A stretch of DNA of 64,000 nt. It comes from a virus. Its lineage: Duplodnaviria; Caudoviricetes. Each line of letters opens with the position of its first letter. Within the stretch, counting starts at the first letter, position 1. Below are positions 11,072 to 22,654 of the stretch, one piece after another. The stretch covers positions 32,001 to 96,000 of IMG/VR virus record IMGVR_UViG_3300002220_006617, one strand, 5' to 3'. Below the pieces are notes generated by a model. That model searched no databases and was not told the DNA's origin. It was given only the letters and a program-made list of their open reading frames with translations. Both the position numbers and the translations under genes were made by a program.

Positions 11072-11339
11072 CATACTCGACATTGAAGAATTCATCACCC
11101 CATCTGTAATCAGAACAATCTATCTCATCGGCATCACGATGCTTGCCCTTATCGGCACACTGGGAGCATTCATCTCACTACTCACCCCGGCAACCTTTGT
11201 CGGCTCGATCGTCCTGATCATTACCGTAATCATCCTGATAGGTGTATGGAGGATCTTCTGTGAGTGCCTGCTGATCTTCTTCTCCATCCACGAGAAACTT
11301 ACCATCATCGCCAGCCAGTCCATCCTGGCCAACCGGTAA
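11064..11339 (+). CDS. DUF4282-like membrane protein
   Basis: FITPSVIRTIY...two TM helices...RIFCECLLIFFSIHEKL. Confidence 0.7.
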   Translation: MDNILDIEEFITPSVIRTIYLIGITMLALIGTLGAFISLLTPATFVGSIVLIITVIILIGVWRIFCECLLIFFSIHEKLTIIASQSILANR

Positions 11340-11372
11340 CCTCAACCATGACACGGAATCTACAGGAGGTAC

Positions 11373-11445
11373 GGACGGTTTCGTCCCCGATCGGGTAAAC
11401 CCCTCGCCTGATGGCGAGGGGAATACTCCGTCGGGAACGACATCC
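11373..11445 (+). repeat. Long TGAT-loop hairpin H2
   Basis: CCCCTCGCC-TGAT-GGCGAGGGG, flanked by CGGGTA/TACTCCG and TCGTCCCCGA/TCGGGAACGA. Confidence 0.8.
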
Positions 11446-11489
11446 AATTCCCGTCTTTAAATTTTTTAATATCAGCAAAGGAATGAATC

Positions 11490-11843
11490 ATGACAGACGA
11501 CGACAACACCCAGAACCCTACCCAGGGTACCGATATGAACAGCCCCCAGACCACCGAGCCCATCACCGAGGTTAACGCCAGCGGAGAGGACAACCAGACC
11601 GGCCCGAACAGCGAGCCCGTCGAGTACGTTGCATCTGTCAAGGGTGTAGACAAGGTATTTGACCACGCGATCACCCTCCAGGACCTCATCGACTTCACCG
11701 AGGAGCAGGGTGTTAAGAAGTTCTCGGCATACGCGCCCGAGACTGCAGAGTTCCCGAACGGCCAGAAACTCAAGGCCCGCATGTTCCCCTACGCCGGGGA
11801 CGTCGAGCTCCGTGAACTCATGGAGCCCAAGACCTTCAACTAA
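11490..11843 (+). CDS. Putative ubiquitin-like (beta-grasp) small protein
   Basis: Acidic disordered N-terminus then beta-beta-alpha-beta-beta pattern; directly upstream of ThiF; ends PKTFN, no Gly-Gly. Confidence 0.5.
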   Translation: MTDDDNTQNPTQGTDMNSPQTTEPITEVNASGEDNQTGPNSEPVEYVASVKGVDKVFDHAITLQDLIDFTEEQGVKKFSAYAPETAEFPNGQKLKARMFPYAGDVELRELMEPKTFN

Positions 11844-11870
11844 TTTTTTAAAATAACGGATTGAACAACC

Positions 11871-12533
11871 ATGCCACCCACTACCCCAACTGCAGACTCC
11901 CTCTATGCCCGCCAGGACCTCATCGGTCAGGTAAAACCCGTTGAATCAGCCATAGTCATCGGAACCGGTGGCGTAGGTTACTGGGTAGCCCTTGCCCTTG
12001 CAATGACCGGCACCAAAAAACTGTTTCTCATCGACTTCGATAACGTGGAAGAGTCCAACCGGTCCCGCATCCCGTTCAAGAAAAGCGACGTAGGCAAACC
12101 CAAGATCATGGCACTCGCCAACTTCATCAACGAGATCCGGCACGGCCACTGTGAAGTAGTCCCACTCGAGATGCGCTGTGAAAAGGTCCCGCCCATGTTC
12201 CGGAACGATCCCGCCTGGAAAACCGCTGCGGTCTACGATTGCCGTGACAACACTGACGAACTCCCGGACTTCTACAATAAATGCAGGATCACCGGCGGTT
12301 ACGACGGGCTCAAAATGAGTCTCCACCGGAACCCGAACAACGAGGATATCTTCGGTAACGGACCGACCCGGTATACCATCACCCCCTCGTATGCAATCAT
12401 GCCCATGTTACTGGCTGCCATGATCGTCGGATACTCAACCATCCCATCAATGCAGAAAGAGACGGACCTCGACAGCACGTTCACCTTCCAGGAACTCGTC
12501 AACCACAAGATCTTCAACGAGGCTGCATCGTGA
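11871..12533 (+). CDS. ThiF/MoeB/E1-family adenylyltransferase
   Basis: YARQ, IGTGGVG, DFDNVEESNRSR, DVGKPK, DCRD. Confidence 0.9.
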   Translation: MPPTTPTADSLYARQDLIGQVKPVESAIVIGTGGVGYWVALALAMTGTKKLFLIDFDNVEESNRSRIPFKKSDVGKPKIMALANFINEIRHGHCEVVPLEMRCEKVPPMFRNDPAWKTAAVYDCRDNTDELPDFYNKCRITGGYDGLKMSLHRNPNNEDIFGNGPTRYTITPSYAIMPMLLAAMIVGYSTIPSMQKETDLDSTFTFQELVNHKIFNEAAS

Positions 12534-13024
12534 GCGGTTACTACATGACATTCCTTGTTTATTCCGAGGAAAACACCTATCAAGGCGCCATAAAATCTGC
12601 CAAAGATGAGATCGATGCCATGTACGCCGAGGGTTCACTAGGCCCTGATGATCACGGATACATTGACCCAATCGAAAAGATAATCCCGGCAACTAAAACT
12701 GAACCGTTCAGAAACGCAATATCCGAACTCAACCTGAAACGTGCCACAGCCTACCAGTACTACGTCGAGAAAGCCGTAGAGATTACAAATAAAGCCGGAC
12801 ACACACTCGCAAACTTACCCCTCGAAGAACAGGAACCCAGCAAATATAACGACATGTTCGGCCATTACATGAAACTTGCCGGACTGATCCACGGCCGGGA
12901 TTTCACTGTTCAGGGAATCCTCTACGATACGGAAACCTTCGAATGCGGTATCACCCAGGACCGGCTCAACGAACTCCTTAAACATCCTAATGGTTTCTAT
13001 CTGGTCCCCATGGTCGTGGGTTGA
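12530..13024 (+). CDS. Hypothetical protein within Ubl cluster
   Basis: Coupled ORF. Confidence 0.6.
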   Translation: MSGYYMTFLVYSEENTYQGAIKSAKDEIDAMYAEGSLGPDDHGYIDPIEKIIPATKTEPFRNAISELNLKRATAYQYYVEKAVEITNKAGHTLANLPLEEQEPSKYNDMFGHYMKLAGLIHGRDFTVQGILYDTETFECGITQDRLNELLKHPNGFYLVPMVVG

Positions 13025-13479
13025 TGATCCCACCATCAATCTGCATCATTTCCTGCGGTAAAGCCAAATACTGGGACGCTCATCCAGATGACGCAACCAA
13101 CACCGTAAAACCTGCCCGTGACGTTTACACCGGTCCACTGTTCAAAAAATGTGCAGAACTTGCTGAACTGACGCATCCATACAACTGGTACATCCTCTCA
13201 GACAAATACGGACTGATAACACCGGACCAGTTAATCCAGAACTACGACGTATCCCCAGAAGTCATCAAAGACAACAACCTGTTCCGGTTACTCGTAGAGT
13301 TCCAGGCTCTTTCTCTCAACATTCTCAAAACCGAACGTGTCGTAGCACCTGTCGGTAAAATCCACGAATCTGTCATCAAATCTGTTTTCACAGATTCAGG
13401 ATACATAAACCCCCTGGCTGGCATGTCCCAGGGCAAACGCATGCAAACACTCACCAGACTCATCAAGGACAAACCATGA
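13021..13479 (+). CDS. DUF6884-like protein
   Basis: IISCGKAK...ARDVYTGPLF...WYILSDKYGLI...NYD. Confidence 0.7.
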   Translation: MMIPPSICIISCGKAKYWDAHPDDATNTVKPARDVYTGPLFKKCAELAELTHPYNWYILSDKYGLITPDQLIQNYDVSPEVIKDNNLFRLLVEFQALSLNILKTERVVAPVGKIHESVIKSVFTDSGYINPLAGMSQGKRMQTLTRLIKDKP

Positions 13480-14198
13480 AATCCCATACTACAAAACCCG
13501 GCCTCCGGCTCCGCGCACCTGACATTAACGACGACGACGACGTATTTGATTCCGGCATTGTCCTCATCAAATCCCATGACCTTTACATCGGCACTGAACT
13601 CCTGGCATATTGCGACGCAATCCAGCAGAAATTTCCCCGGCTGGAATGGAGCATCATGCTCAAAGGCAAATGGATCCCCGAAGGATATTCAGTCAGCAAA
13701 TCTTTTGCAATCCCAGACCAGGAAGTTGCCGGCGCTGAAGTCAACCTGAACGACCGTGAAGTTGCTGCCCTGACCGCCCAGGGGTACAACACGATCATCC
13801 ACAGTCACCCGTTTCCTTCAAGTTCATTCAGCTCATCCGACATGGAAACCCTGACATCTACGGCTGAGTGTTCCATCCTCTACAGCGAAGGTGCATTCAC
13901 CACCGCCACGATCGGCATCCGTGTAGCAACAGGACTCAAACTCCTGATCATGCCCGATATCAAGATGATCCATGACATTCACATGGACCTCCCGGACAAC
14001 ATCACGTCCAAGATCAAAACCCGGTCCTTCGATCATTTCCACGGGTGCGTATCCGTCACGAACCGCCCACGGTCCGTCAGCGACGCAGTCAGCAGAACCA
14101 AAAAAAACGGCGAAACAAATCTGCTGCTCGACGAGGCCACAACAACCACCGTACATGAAACTTTCGAACTCTACGACAACCTCCTTTCAGAGTTTTAA
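13476..14198 (+). CDS. JAB/MPN metalloprotease (prokaryotic deubiquitinase-like)
   Basis: EWS...IPDQEV...IHSHP...FSSSD (E-HxH-SxxD). Confidence 0.85.
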   Translation: MKSHTTKPGLRLRAPDINDDDDVFDSGIVLIKSHDLYIGTELLAYCDAIQQKFPRLEWSIMLKGKWIPEGYSVSKSFAIPDQEVAGAEVNLNDREVAALTAQGYNTIIHSHPFPSSSFSSSDMETLTSTAECSILYSEGAFTTATIGIRVATGLKLLIMPDIKMIHDIHMDLPDNITSKIKTRSFDHFHGCVSVTNRPRSVSDAVSRTKKNGETNLLLDEATTTTVHETFELYDNLLSEF

Positions 14199-14200
14199 CC

Positions 14201-15949
14201 ATGTTCACCTTTGAGATCTGCAAAGATTCCGATAACAGTTACATGCTGAACCCTATAGGAGATACCGATAGCGATCCAGCATTCAACCGTGCATCCATGA
14301 AATTGCCCTCCATGGACGACTGGAGACGGTTCCTCATTTATTGTACAGAAAACGAGTTCTGTTGCATCCCTCTCAAGGACAAAAAAGCATTACTCCGGTC
14401 AAAATACGGCAAGAAATCCATATCGTTTGTGCTTGAACCTGACGAAGAGATCAATGCACTTGTACCTCATGACGAACTGGTTTCATTACTCCCGTTATTT
14501 GCCATATGGCTCCAGTCACTCAACACCGCCAGGTACCTCATTAACCAGCGAAACAAAGGACATGACCTCACCAGGATCACCAGTGCAACCGAACTTATTG
14601 AATCCAAAGATCTGGTCGTCTCGCTCCTCAAGAAAACTCCCGACTGTTCCATGAAACTCGTGGTCAACGGAACCCCGTTCGTCATGGACATGACCAACCA
14701 GAGCTGCGACACTGACTACCCCATCACCGATCTGTCTGCCTGTAAAAACGAGGATATGCAGGGAATCTACAACACGTTTGCCAACCTGGTTCAACTTCTC
14801 CGTGAAAACGCCGAGACCCGGATCAGCGTACTCGAAAAAAAACAGAACGAAATTGAACAAACCCTCCGGACCAAAATCTTCTCGGAAGTCATGCAAAAAC
14901 TTGCAACCTTCGTATCGCATGGCTGGACGTTCAACAAAGCCGGATATTTCACCTACACCCATCAAATCAACTGCACCCACCTAGTAATCTCGGCATCATA
15001 CCTTACCGGTGAAAGTGTTATAGATACAGACGACCTGCTCTCTCTTGAACTCCCTGAAAATCTCCGAGCAAAATTCCAGATCCCCGGTATCATAACCCCC
15101 TATAAAGACAAAATTGAAGGGGTAACCATCGTCAGCGATTCCAAAAAACCCGCTTACCACCCTCATTACGACAGCCAATACGGCTTATGTATCGGAGACT
15201 TTGCCAAAAGGCCGTTTGACGAAATTATCAATCTGCCCCAGGCACTCACCCAGATCAATTATAACAGTATGTGGGGCGGTAGAGCAAATGAAGAACTCAA
15301 TCGCTGGATAAAAACCATCAAGGAAATGCCCAAAAACAAACTCGATCAGTTTGTCCGGAAAGCCAGAAATGAAGACAGCGACGTCTTCTGCAAAGACCGG
15401 GAATACGATGAAGAACCCATCCCTGCGGTCCCAGAACGGGCGACCATAACAATTCTCAGTCCGGACGGCGCATCTGCCAGAGCAACCGTAACTGCTGCAG
15501 AGATCATCAACCCGGGAATGGCCAACCCACAGACAATAGTTGCAGCAACTCACACGAGCCCCCAGGTAATCATTCCGCCAGAATTGGTCATACCCCGGGC
15601 AAGAACGCCCAATATCATGGAAGCCTGGACTAGCAACCCCGACGTAGAACAGATCGGTCAAGACATGCAGATCCTAACAGACATCATCAACGAACACAAT
15701 GATCAATTCAGGCGCGACTATGACGGGGCAATCGAGTTCGATCAAGACGGTAACCGTAGTCGGATCAACGCTGGACTACCCCCGATAAACCTTGCAGAAG
15801 AACGAAGCCATCCGGCAACAACCATACGGATAATCCCGCTTGGGGGGGACACAGACGTATTCGAAACACCGGCTCCAGTCGCCCACAACCCGATCCCGGC
15901 CCATGTTGAAGACTATGAGAACGACGATGAAGTGTTCGGCAGCCACTAA
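14201..15949 (+). CDS. Large protein with coiled coil and putative prokaryotic E2-like domain
   Basis: YHPHYDSQYGLCIGD resembles the E2 HPN/H...C active site; followed by INYNSMWG. Confidence 0.55.
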   Translation: MFTFEICKDSDNSYMLNPIGDTDSDPAFNRASMKLPSMDDWRRFLIYCTENEFCCIPLKDKKALLRSKYGKKSISFVLEPDEEINALVPHDELVSLLPLFAIWLQSLNTARYLINQRNKGHDLTRITSATELIESKDLVVSLLKKTPDCSMKLVVNGTPFVMDMTNQSCDTDYPITDLSACKNEDMQGIYNTFANLVQLLRENAETRISVLEKKQNEIEQTLRTKIFSEVMQKLATFVSHGWTFNKAGYFTYTHQINCTHLVISASYLTGESVIDTDDLLSLELPENLRAKFQIPGIITPYKDKIEGVTIVSDSKKPAYHPHYDSQYGLCIGDFAKRPFDEIINLPQALTQINYNSMWGGRANEELNRWIKTIKEMPKNKLDQFVRKARNEDSDVFCKDREYDEEPIPAVPERATITILSPDGASARATVTAAEIINPGMANPQTIVAATHTSPQVIIPPELVIPRARTPNIMEAWTSNPDVEQIGQDMQILTDIINEHNDQFRRDYDGAIEFDQDGNRSRINAGLPPINLAEERSHPATTIRIIPLGGDTDVFETPAPVAHNPIPAHVEDYENDDEVFGSH

Positions 15950-16108
15950 TCTTTTTGAACAATATGTTGAAAAGATCTGTCTTGCCTGCACATCAACCAC
16001 AATCCACTGCAACGATGATCCCCAGAACTGTCCCGTCCTTATCAAAACTGTGGAAGATGACGAAGACTCTATCGCAGACGACCAGTACGAGACCTGGCGT
16101 GAAACCGT

Positions 16109-19100
16109 TCATGACCGTCAGGTTCCGATGCACGGACCTTGACTCCGGCAATCAGAAAGAAATGGACCTCCTTGAATGCATTTACGAACACGACGTATCT
16201 ATCACTCCATTCGAATTCCGTAAAGGTATCGGACCCAAATCCTGGTTTTACCTCAGCAAATCACTAGGGTACACTACGGGCCTCCGGCTTGACGACGACT
16301 GGGCAGTCCAGTTCATGAAATCAGAACTTCCAAGCGGCCGGAAATGCTGGCACCTGGACTGGTCAGCAATTGACTACATCATCTATTGAGGTAATCGGAA
16401 TGCTATCACAGACCCTGATAATCTCTGAAAAACCCAGCCAGAACGCATTTCCAATCGAAATGTGCCCTGTCTGCAACCATGTAAAATGCACCGAAGTCAT
16501 TGACATAAAGATCAACAAGAACGGTGTTCTTGAAGAGTATACCACCTGCAGTAACTGCAGAAGCGAATATTCCAACATCTATCATCACGACTCGGTCAAA
16601 ATCCACGTAAAAAACGGAGTAAGTATATGACCTACGATCCCTGCACTGAATGTCCTGACGAAGATTGTCATGGTAACGATCCTGAATGCAATACCTATGC
16701 GGAATGGGCTGCCAAAGAAAACCCCAGTGATAAAGAATACGAAGTTATCCTCCGGATGACTGTCACCGCAACAACCCATGAAGAAGCTGCCCGAGATGCT
16801 CAGGAAACAATCGATCAAGCTGATGATTCCTGGTCTTTCGAAGTCAAAGAAGTCGGTACTGACGAAGTAATCATCGTTGACCTTGCCGACCACGATGACG
16901 ATGACGATGACGCCCATGACGACCTCTGGGGCGACCCGGATGACGAACCCTCAACATTCCCGTCATCTGAACCGCGGGTATCCGAAGATGATGAAGACCG
17001 CGAGTTCCAGAACCAGTGCAATGACAACCGCAGCGTATTCAGTCACCCGTGATCACCATGGACCACTCCATTTTTTTAAGAGAAAATATTGAGTGCACAA
17101 ACGACCCGAATACTGTTGCCAAAAAAATCATCAACGATTGCCAGACAATCCCGGACATCGAATATGTATTCAAACGATTAACCGAACAGATTAAAGGTTA
17201 TGAAAAATGCCTCAATACCCTCCAAACTATCGAACGCCTGATATTCTACCTGAAAAAAGAAAGAGTCAATCTTATTGAAAAAAGAGGAATGACTACTCTC
17301 ATCCAACTCAACCGCCAGGAACCCCGGTACAGCTTCGACAAAGGTATCACCTATAAATACGCGGTAATCACGTTCCCCAACATCGATGAAAATGCCGAAA
17401 CCAACCTCGACAACCACATCAGAACACTCGGATCCACAACCTCGTTCCCCGGAACCGATCGTCATAAAGCAATCCTGGGAGCCCTTGAACTGGCTGATCA
17501 CAACAATACCAAAATCGTCCTGACCGGTTTCGGCAAAGACGTCCCAAAATCGATTCCGGAAGATATGATCTACACGACCCGCAGAATCTACCACCCATTG
17601 TATTAAGGTTTTCACCATGTATTCCCTCGACGGTTACCCCGAAGATCAAATTGCCAATCTCGCAAAAGACGCAATAACTGAACGATCCAACATCGACAAC
17701 CTGGATAGTTTCATGCTCGATCTCAACGGTACCATTGCCACCAAAGAAAAATCACTAAACAAATATTACCTGTTTAGATCGATCGCCACAAAAGAATACC
17801 GGAAACATTGTATAGAACTCATGCCGGAAAAGAGTGTTATTGACATCATTCTACTCTCAAAAGATACCCGGCGATTTTATCGGAACGGCCGAAGACAATC
17901 TGAACCGCGGTACCGAGTACAGAAAATCCAGTTCGATGAAGGTGAAGGTAACCTCAATAAAATGACACCCTTATCCCCCCCCACCGATTTCAAACAGTCC
18001 GAGAAAGAGAATGCATTCCAGCTTGCCAAGAACCTGGCCGCCCCGGACAACCTCAAGATCCACATACAGGGATTTCCCGACAATTTCCCGTTACCTTCAG
18101 GAATCCTCCCGTCCATGCTATCGCCACTTGAATACTACATTCCCATCGAGACCCGGTACTAACCATGTTTGACTCTGGCGATGAAGATGAATTCTCTGCA
18201 GAAACCCTGCAGACCCACTGCGGTCACGAAGATCTCCGCAGTACCCTTGACACCCCTGCCCTAAAAGATTCAGTCCAGAACGATCTTGACTCCTGGGTCC
18301 CAGGCAGTCTGTATGAAAGAATACGTGAATCCGTCCGTGAAGATTACGAAGACTGGGCTGAAAACGAACGATTCGAATGCGATGAAGACTGTGCCAACAG
18401 TTGCGCTCTGTTCAAGGTCCAGGAGATCGGCCAGGAAATGGAAGATGAGATCCCCTGTATGCTCTGCAACAACCGCGGTAACATTGAAGCCTGTAAAACC
18501 AACCCTGGCTGCACTGATATGGACCGGTTCAAACTTCAGGTCAGAAACGCCTGCAAAATCATCGAACGCTACATGACCGAAGAAATCGGAATTAGATAAT
18601 CATGACTCCAGAACTCCCCCTATATTTTGCCCGGTTCATCATTGCTGACCCGAACAATAACGACCAGCCGGTATACGACATATCAGCAAAAGTAACTCGG
18701 AAAGAGATTGCTCATGACGAATACCGGTTCAAACAAGTACTCGGAAAAGCACTATCCCTCTACTTCAATGACACCCAACCGGATTCATTCCGGCAACAGA
18801 TCAAAGATGAAGGATATAGTTTCCTCGACATGATTGACGCTCTTCTGGAAGATGACGAGACGTTCATGAAGTATCTTGCAGCAGAAGGAATCTTTGATCT
18901 CGAACACGACGCTCCTATCATTGACAGTGACGATTGGGAAGCCGGGGACGATATCATTGATCGTCAGTGTCTCGTCACATCATGAGTAAACAACCGCCCC
19001 CGGGCAAACTCCATTCCCGAAAATACAAAAAAATCGTTGACACTCTCAATGAAATTAAACAACGATATGTTAAAAACGGAGAAAATCCCATCGAACAAAC

Positions 19101-20718
19101 GTTTAGCCTCGAAGAATTCAACAAGAAAACCAACAGCACCCGCCTTGAGAGTAGCAGCCGGTTGGTATTCGTCCAGGGAGTTAAACGCTGCGGTAGAGCC
19201 GAATACCGGTTTACTGACGAGCCCATCAAGGTGTTAATATGACCCTCAAAAAACATACTTATTTTTTAGACACCGGGCTAACCAGTTACAGCGATAAAAA
19301 GAAATATTCTTCCGATAAAGAAGCCTGGAACGGCCTTGCAAAACCATTCGACGCCCAATACAAAACCGGTGGCAGCGTTGTTGCCAACCTGATGAAATGC
19401 GATATGCCAATTCTCGTCATCCACAACGATTTAAACAAAAATAAATCATTCAAAACCGCAACAATCCCTATAGCTATCGGATACATCAGTCAGGACTGGG
19501 ATGGGAATTTATGGAACAACCCGACGTTTTGCAAACTCTGCAATTGCCCTATCGGTTCTCAAAGGTTCCGGCACATCGGTTACTGTAAATTCTGCGAACA
19601 ACTTGTTGACAGTATATTTGCCTGGGACAAGAACCAAAAAAGAGTACCGGGCAAAATAACCCAAACCCACCTTGACCGCCTTAAAGAACTCTCCCCCGGT
19701 TTCCGATACAAAACTGCAATGTTTCTCATAAACGACAAAACCCTGAAACTTATCAAGAATATCGAGGATTAAGAATGCCGATCTGGTGCGTAAAACTGGA
19801 AAAATATGAGCATGCTGAAGGAGATACTCCTGAAGAAGCAAAGAAAGCGGCTATTGAGAACCTCCAGGAATCGTTCGACAACATTACTGACGATGAAATC
19901 ACCGAATGCATCAGAGTAGCCGAGACTTGGGAAGAACTCGAATCATCAACAATCAACCCCATCACCCAGATATCACGGATGAGCCGGTATAACCATTTCC
20001 AAATCGATGACGGCCCCGAATATGGCGGCTGGACTGCAGGAGCCCGCTGGAACGGCTGGGCCACCCCTTACTTCCCCAAATGTGAAGCCGACAACCTTTC
20101 TCAGGATATGAGCGCCCTTTTTGACAATACAAAAACGTTCATGCGATACAATAAAGAAATGGACCAATACGAATTCTTTGATGCAGCAGCCTATGCAACA
20201 CCAGAACCCAACAACCTTGAGATCTGGCCGGGCCAGGATATCCTAACACCTTACGGTGCAGTCTGCCGGGTTTACCCAATCGGTGCAGGATCATGGATCT
20301 GGTCGGAAAGTGAAACTCCATGATCCCCGGTTTACCTGTAATGCATTACTACTGCGAGTTTGAATTCTACAAAAAAAGATATCCTGGCTGGTCAGATGAC
20401 ATCAGTAACAAACTCAGTGTAGCCGGTCCTTTTTTCACCAAAGAAATAGCTGACCGGATTGCCCAGGATTTCAATGGTATTGATTGGATAGCTCGAAAAC
20501 AACCCGAATTCGAACTCTCGGATATTGATTACAATCAAAAACACGATTGTTATTATTATTTCGACCCCATGGAACACGACCCAAACATCCAGGATCAACA
20601 CTGTGAATGGCCCGGTTTTGATGCCCAGGATCCTTACGGTAACCTCCTCCACCTTTACCATATGGGTGAATTTGACTGGTACTATAAACTAATCCAATCA
20701 ACTTTTTTGAAAAGTTAA
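16109..20718 (+). other. Array of small hypothetical CDSs including tandem paralogue pairs 17049/17617 and 19775/20320
   Basis: Coupled ORFs; shared EPRY...KI..GF and P(Y/F)F.K..AD...QD...WPG.D...PYG motifs. Confidence 0.6.
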
Positions 20719-20730
20719 ATGTAACCGGTC

Positions 20731-20938
20731 ACACACACCTTCCGCGAAAGTATTACCGGCAGAAAAAAGGAACCCCGCTTGTGTGGATGGTAACCCATCC
20801 CCACTGGGTATAGTGGATTGTTGTTACGATTAGATTTTGATTGTATATAATGATTGTGAATATAGTAAAGAATAAAGGAAATTTTTCCCCCTATGCCAAA
20901 AAAGTGGTGGTAATTGTTTCGCGCGGGGTGTGTGTGTC
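20731..20938. promoter_or_regulatory. Putative replication origin: inverted ORB-like repeats around an AT-rich DUE
   Basis: ACACACACCTTCCGCGAAA at 20731 and inverted TTTCGCGCGGGGTGTGTGT at 20917 flank AT-rich ~20825-20886, directly upstream of cdc6. Confidence 0.65.
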
Positions 20939-21001
20939 TATACCCCACGCAACACAGTATTGATATATTTTCACGAGTACAACAACACACAATAATCAAA
21001 G

Positions 21002-22258
21002 GTGGTTATTATCACAGACGACGAAAACACTGCATTTGGCCTCGATCACAGAGGGATAATCAAAGATGGATATCCTTTAACATCTTTCTATCGGCCGACA
21101 AACATCCTGGCAAGAGACACTGAAAAACTCGAGATCGGCAAACTGTTTGCCCCGGTCCTGAAATACAACGGGAGTCCGATCAACGCATTGGTTTACGGTA
21201 AATCCGGAACAGGCAAAAACCTGGTTGTTGAATACATAACGGATCTTTTCATCCAGAGTGCTGAAAAACGAGGGAAAAAATACATCAGCATCGTTGTCAG
21301 CTGCAAGATGAGAACACCGAAATGGATACTCCAGCAGTTACTATCGGCTGTCGACCCGAGCCTTTCGGATTATGGTACAGGTAGATCTGTCGGAGAAGTT
21401 TACACCAAACTCCACCAGAACATGAAACGAAAGAACGCATCACTCGTTGTCATCCTGGACGAAATTGATGCATTACCGCCTTCAGACCTCCTCTACGATC
21501 TCAGCCGCATTAAAAAAGATCTACCGCAGGACCTCTATCTGGTCATCATCGGGCTGACCAACAACTTCAACGAACACATCAAAGACATTGCCATTTCATC
21601 CTCATTTGGAAGACGAACCATAGACTTCCCCTCGTATACCACAGAAAACCTCAGAGACATCCTCAACGACCGGCTGTTTGCATTATACCCGGACACCCTC
21701 GAAACCGGCGTCATAGAATACATCGCAAAGAAATCAGCAATCGAACACGGCAATGCACGAAAAGCCATTGAACTTCTCGCAACCTCCGCAGAATTCGCTG
21801 AGAATGAAAAAGACCCTCAGATCACATCTATCCACGTCAACCGGGCATCCGACTACATTGAAATCGACAACCTGATAAAAGACCTGATACAATCGCCAAA
21901 ACACACGGTCCTGGCATTCATTGCGATAGCAGAGCTTCAACATAAACTCGGAGGATCTGCAGTCTTATCCTCGCCACTGTACAAACACTACTGCATAGTC
22001 TGTGACGAAAACCTCTTAACGCCACTATCCAGCACACGGTTTGCAACCATCTGCAGCAGCCTTGGATCCACCGGGTTAATAGATGTCACCGAACGAGTAG
22101 GGAGTCACCAGAAAGGCCGTACCCGAGTCCACAAGATCACCCTGACCGAAAACCGGCTTCACCAAATCATGGCGGTCCTCGCCAAAGAACACGGCTACAT
22201 CATCAACGGTCTTTCAACTCAAAAACTTTTATCCCTCCCAGATTTCAATGAGAAATGA
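21002..22258 (+). CDS. cdc6: Orc1/Cdc6 replication initiator
   Basis: Walker A YGKSGTGK, Walker B VILDEID, FPSYT..LRDIL..R, GNARKAIELL, C-terminal wHTH. Confidence 0.92.
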   Translation: MVIITDDENTAFGLDHRGIIKDGYPLTSFYRPTNILARDTEKLEIGKLFAPVLKYNGSPINALVYGKSGTGKNLVVEYITDLFIQSAEKRGKKYISIVVSCKMRTPKWILQQLLSAVDPSLSDYGTGRSVGEVYTKLHQNMKRKNASLVVILDEIDALPPSDLLYDLSRIKKDLPQDLYLVIIGLTNNFNEHIKDIAISSSFGRRTIDFPSYTTENLRDILNDRLFALYPDTLETGVIEYIAKKSAIEHGNARKAIELLATSAEFAENEKDPQITSIHVNRASDYIEIDNLIKDLIQSPKHTVLAFIAIAELQHKLGGSAVLSSPLYKHYCIVCDENLLTPLSSTRFATICSSLGSTGLIDVTERVGSHQKGRTRVHKITLTENRLHQIMAVLAKEHGYIINGLSTQKLLSLPDFNEK

Positions 22259-22281
22259 TTATATACCAGAACTGCACCCGG

Positions 22282-22298
22282 ACACACCTTCCGCGAAA
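22282..22298 (+). repeat. Third ORB-like copy downstream of cdc6
   Basis: Exact 17-bp match ACACACCTTCCGCGAAA to 20733-20749. Confidence 0.75.
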
Positions 22299-22424
22299 CT
22301 ATTGGCGACAACTATATATACCCGAACAAAACGGAGCCTTTAAACCCGAGATTTCCAATTCAAGTCATTTATTTATATACAACCTCTCTTTTCTTTTCCT
22401 CATACCAATAAATACCAGCACTCG

Positions 22425-22530
22425 GCCGCACGGCTGATGCCGCGGCGTCCCATCATCTCAGTTACCGGATAACGTAGTTCCCATTCGTAACCCGTGCCGC
22501 TTGATAGCGTCAGGGTTATCGATGGGAACT
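22425..22530 (+). repeat. Tandem TGAT-loop hairpins H3a and H3b
   Basis: CGGC-TGAT-GCCG (loop 22435); AGTTCCCAT..TAACCC..CGCT-TGAT-AGCG..GGGTTA..ATGGGAACT (loop 22502). Confidence 0.75.
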
Positions 22531-22603
22531 CCACCCCCTGTGATCCGATTTTTATGTACAAACTGATCCGATCCGTACCTTTCCGCACTACGCATTCTGT
22601 GGA

Positions 22604-22617
22604 AAAATTACCAAAAG
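22604..22617 (+). promoter_or_regulatory. Class I motif AAAATTACCAAAAG
   Basis: Exact 14-mer upstream of ORF 22655. Confidence 0.7.
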
Positions 22618-22654
22618 GTACTCTCGGAAAAAATCTTTACGGAGTTGTATACTG

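Noticed and set aside
16893-16925. GAT/GAC trinucleotide microsatellite
   Set aside because: Simply encodes a poly-Asp tract in ORF 16627-17052
22476-22530. Integron attC site (TAAC...GTTA hairpin)
   Set aside because: GTT is not conserved in the homologous hairpins (32389, 8341, 11373), and no integrase is seen
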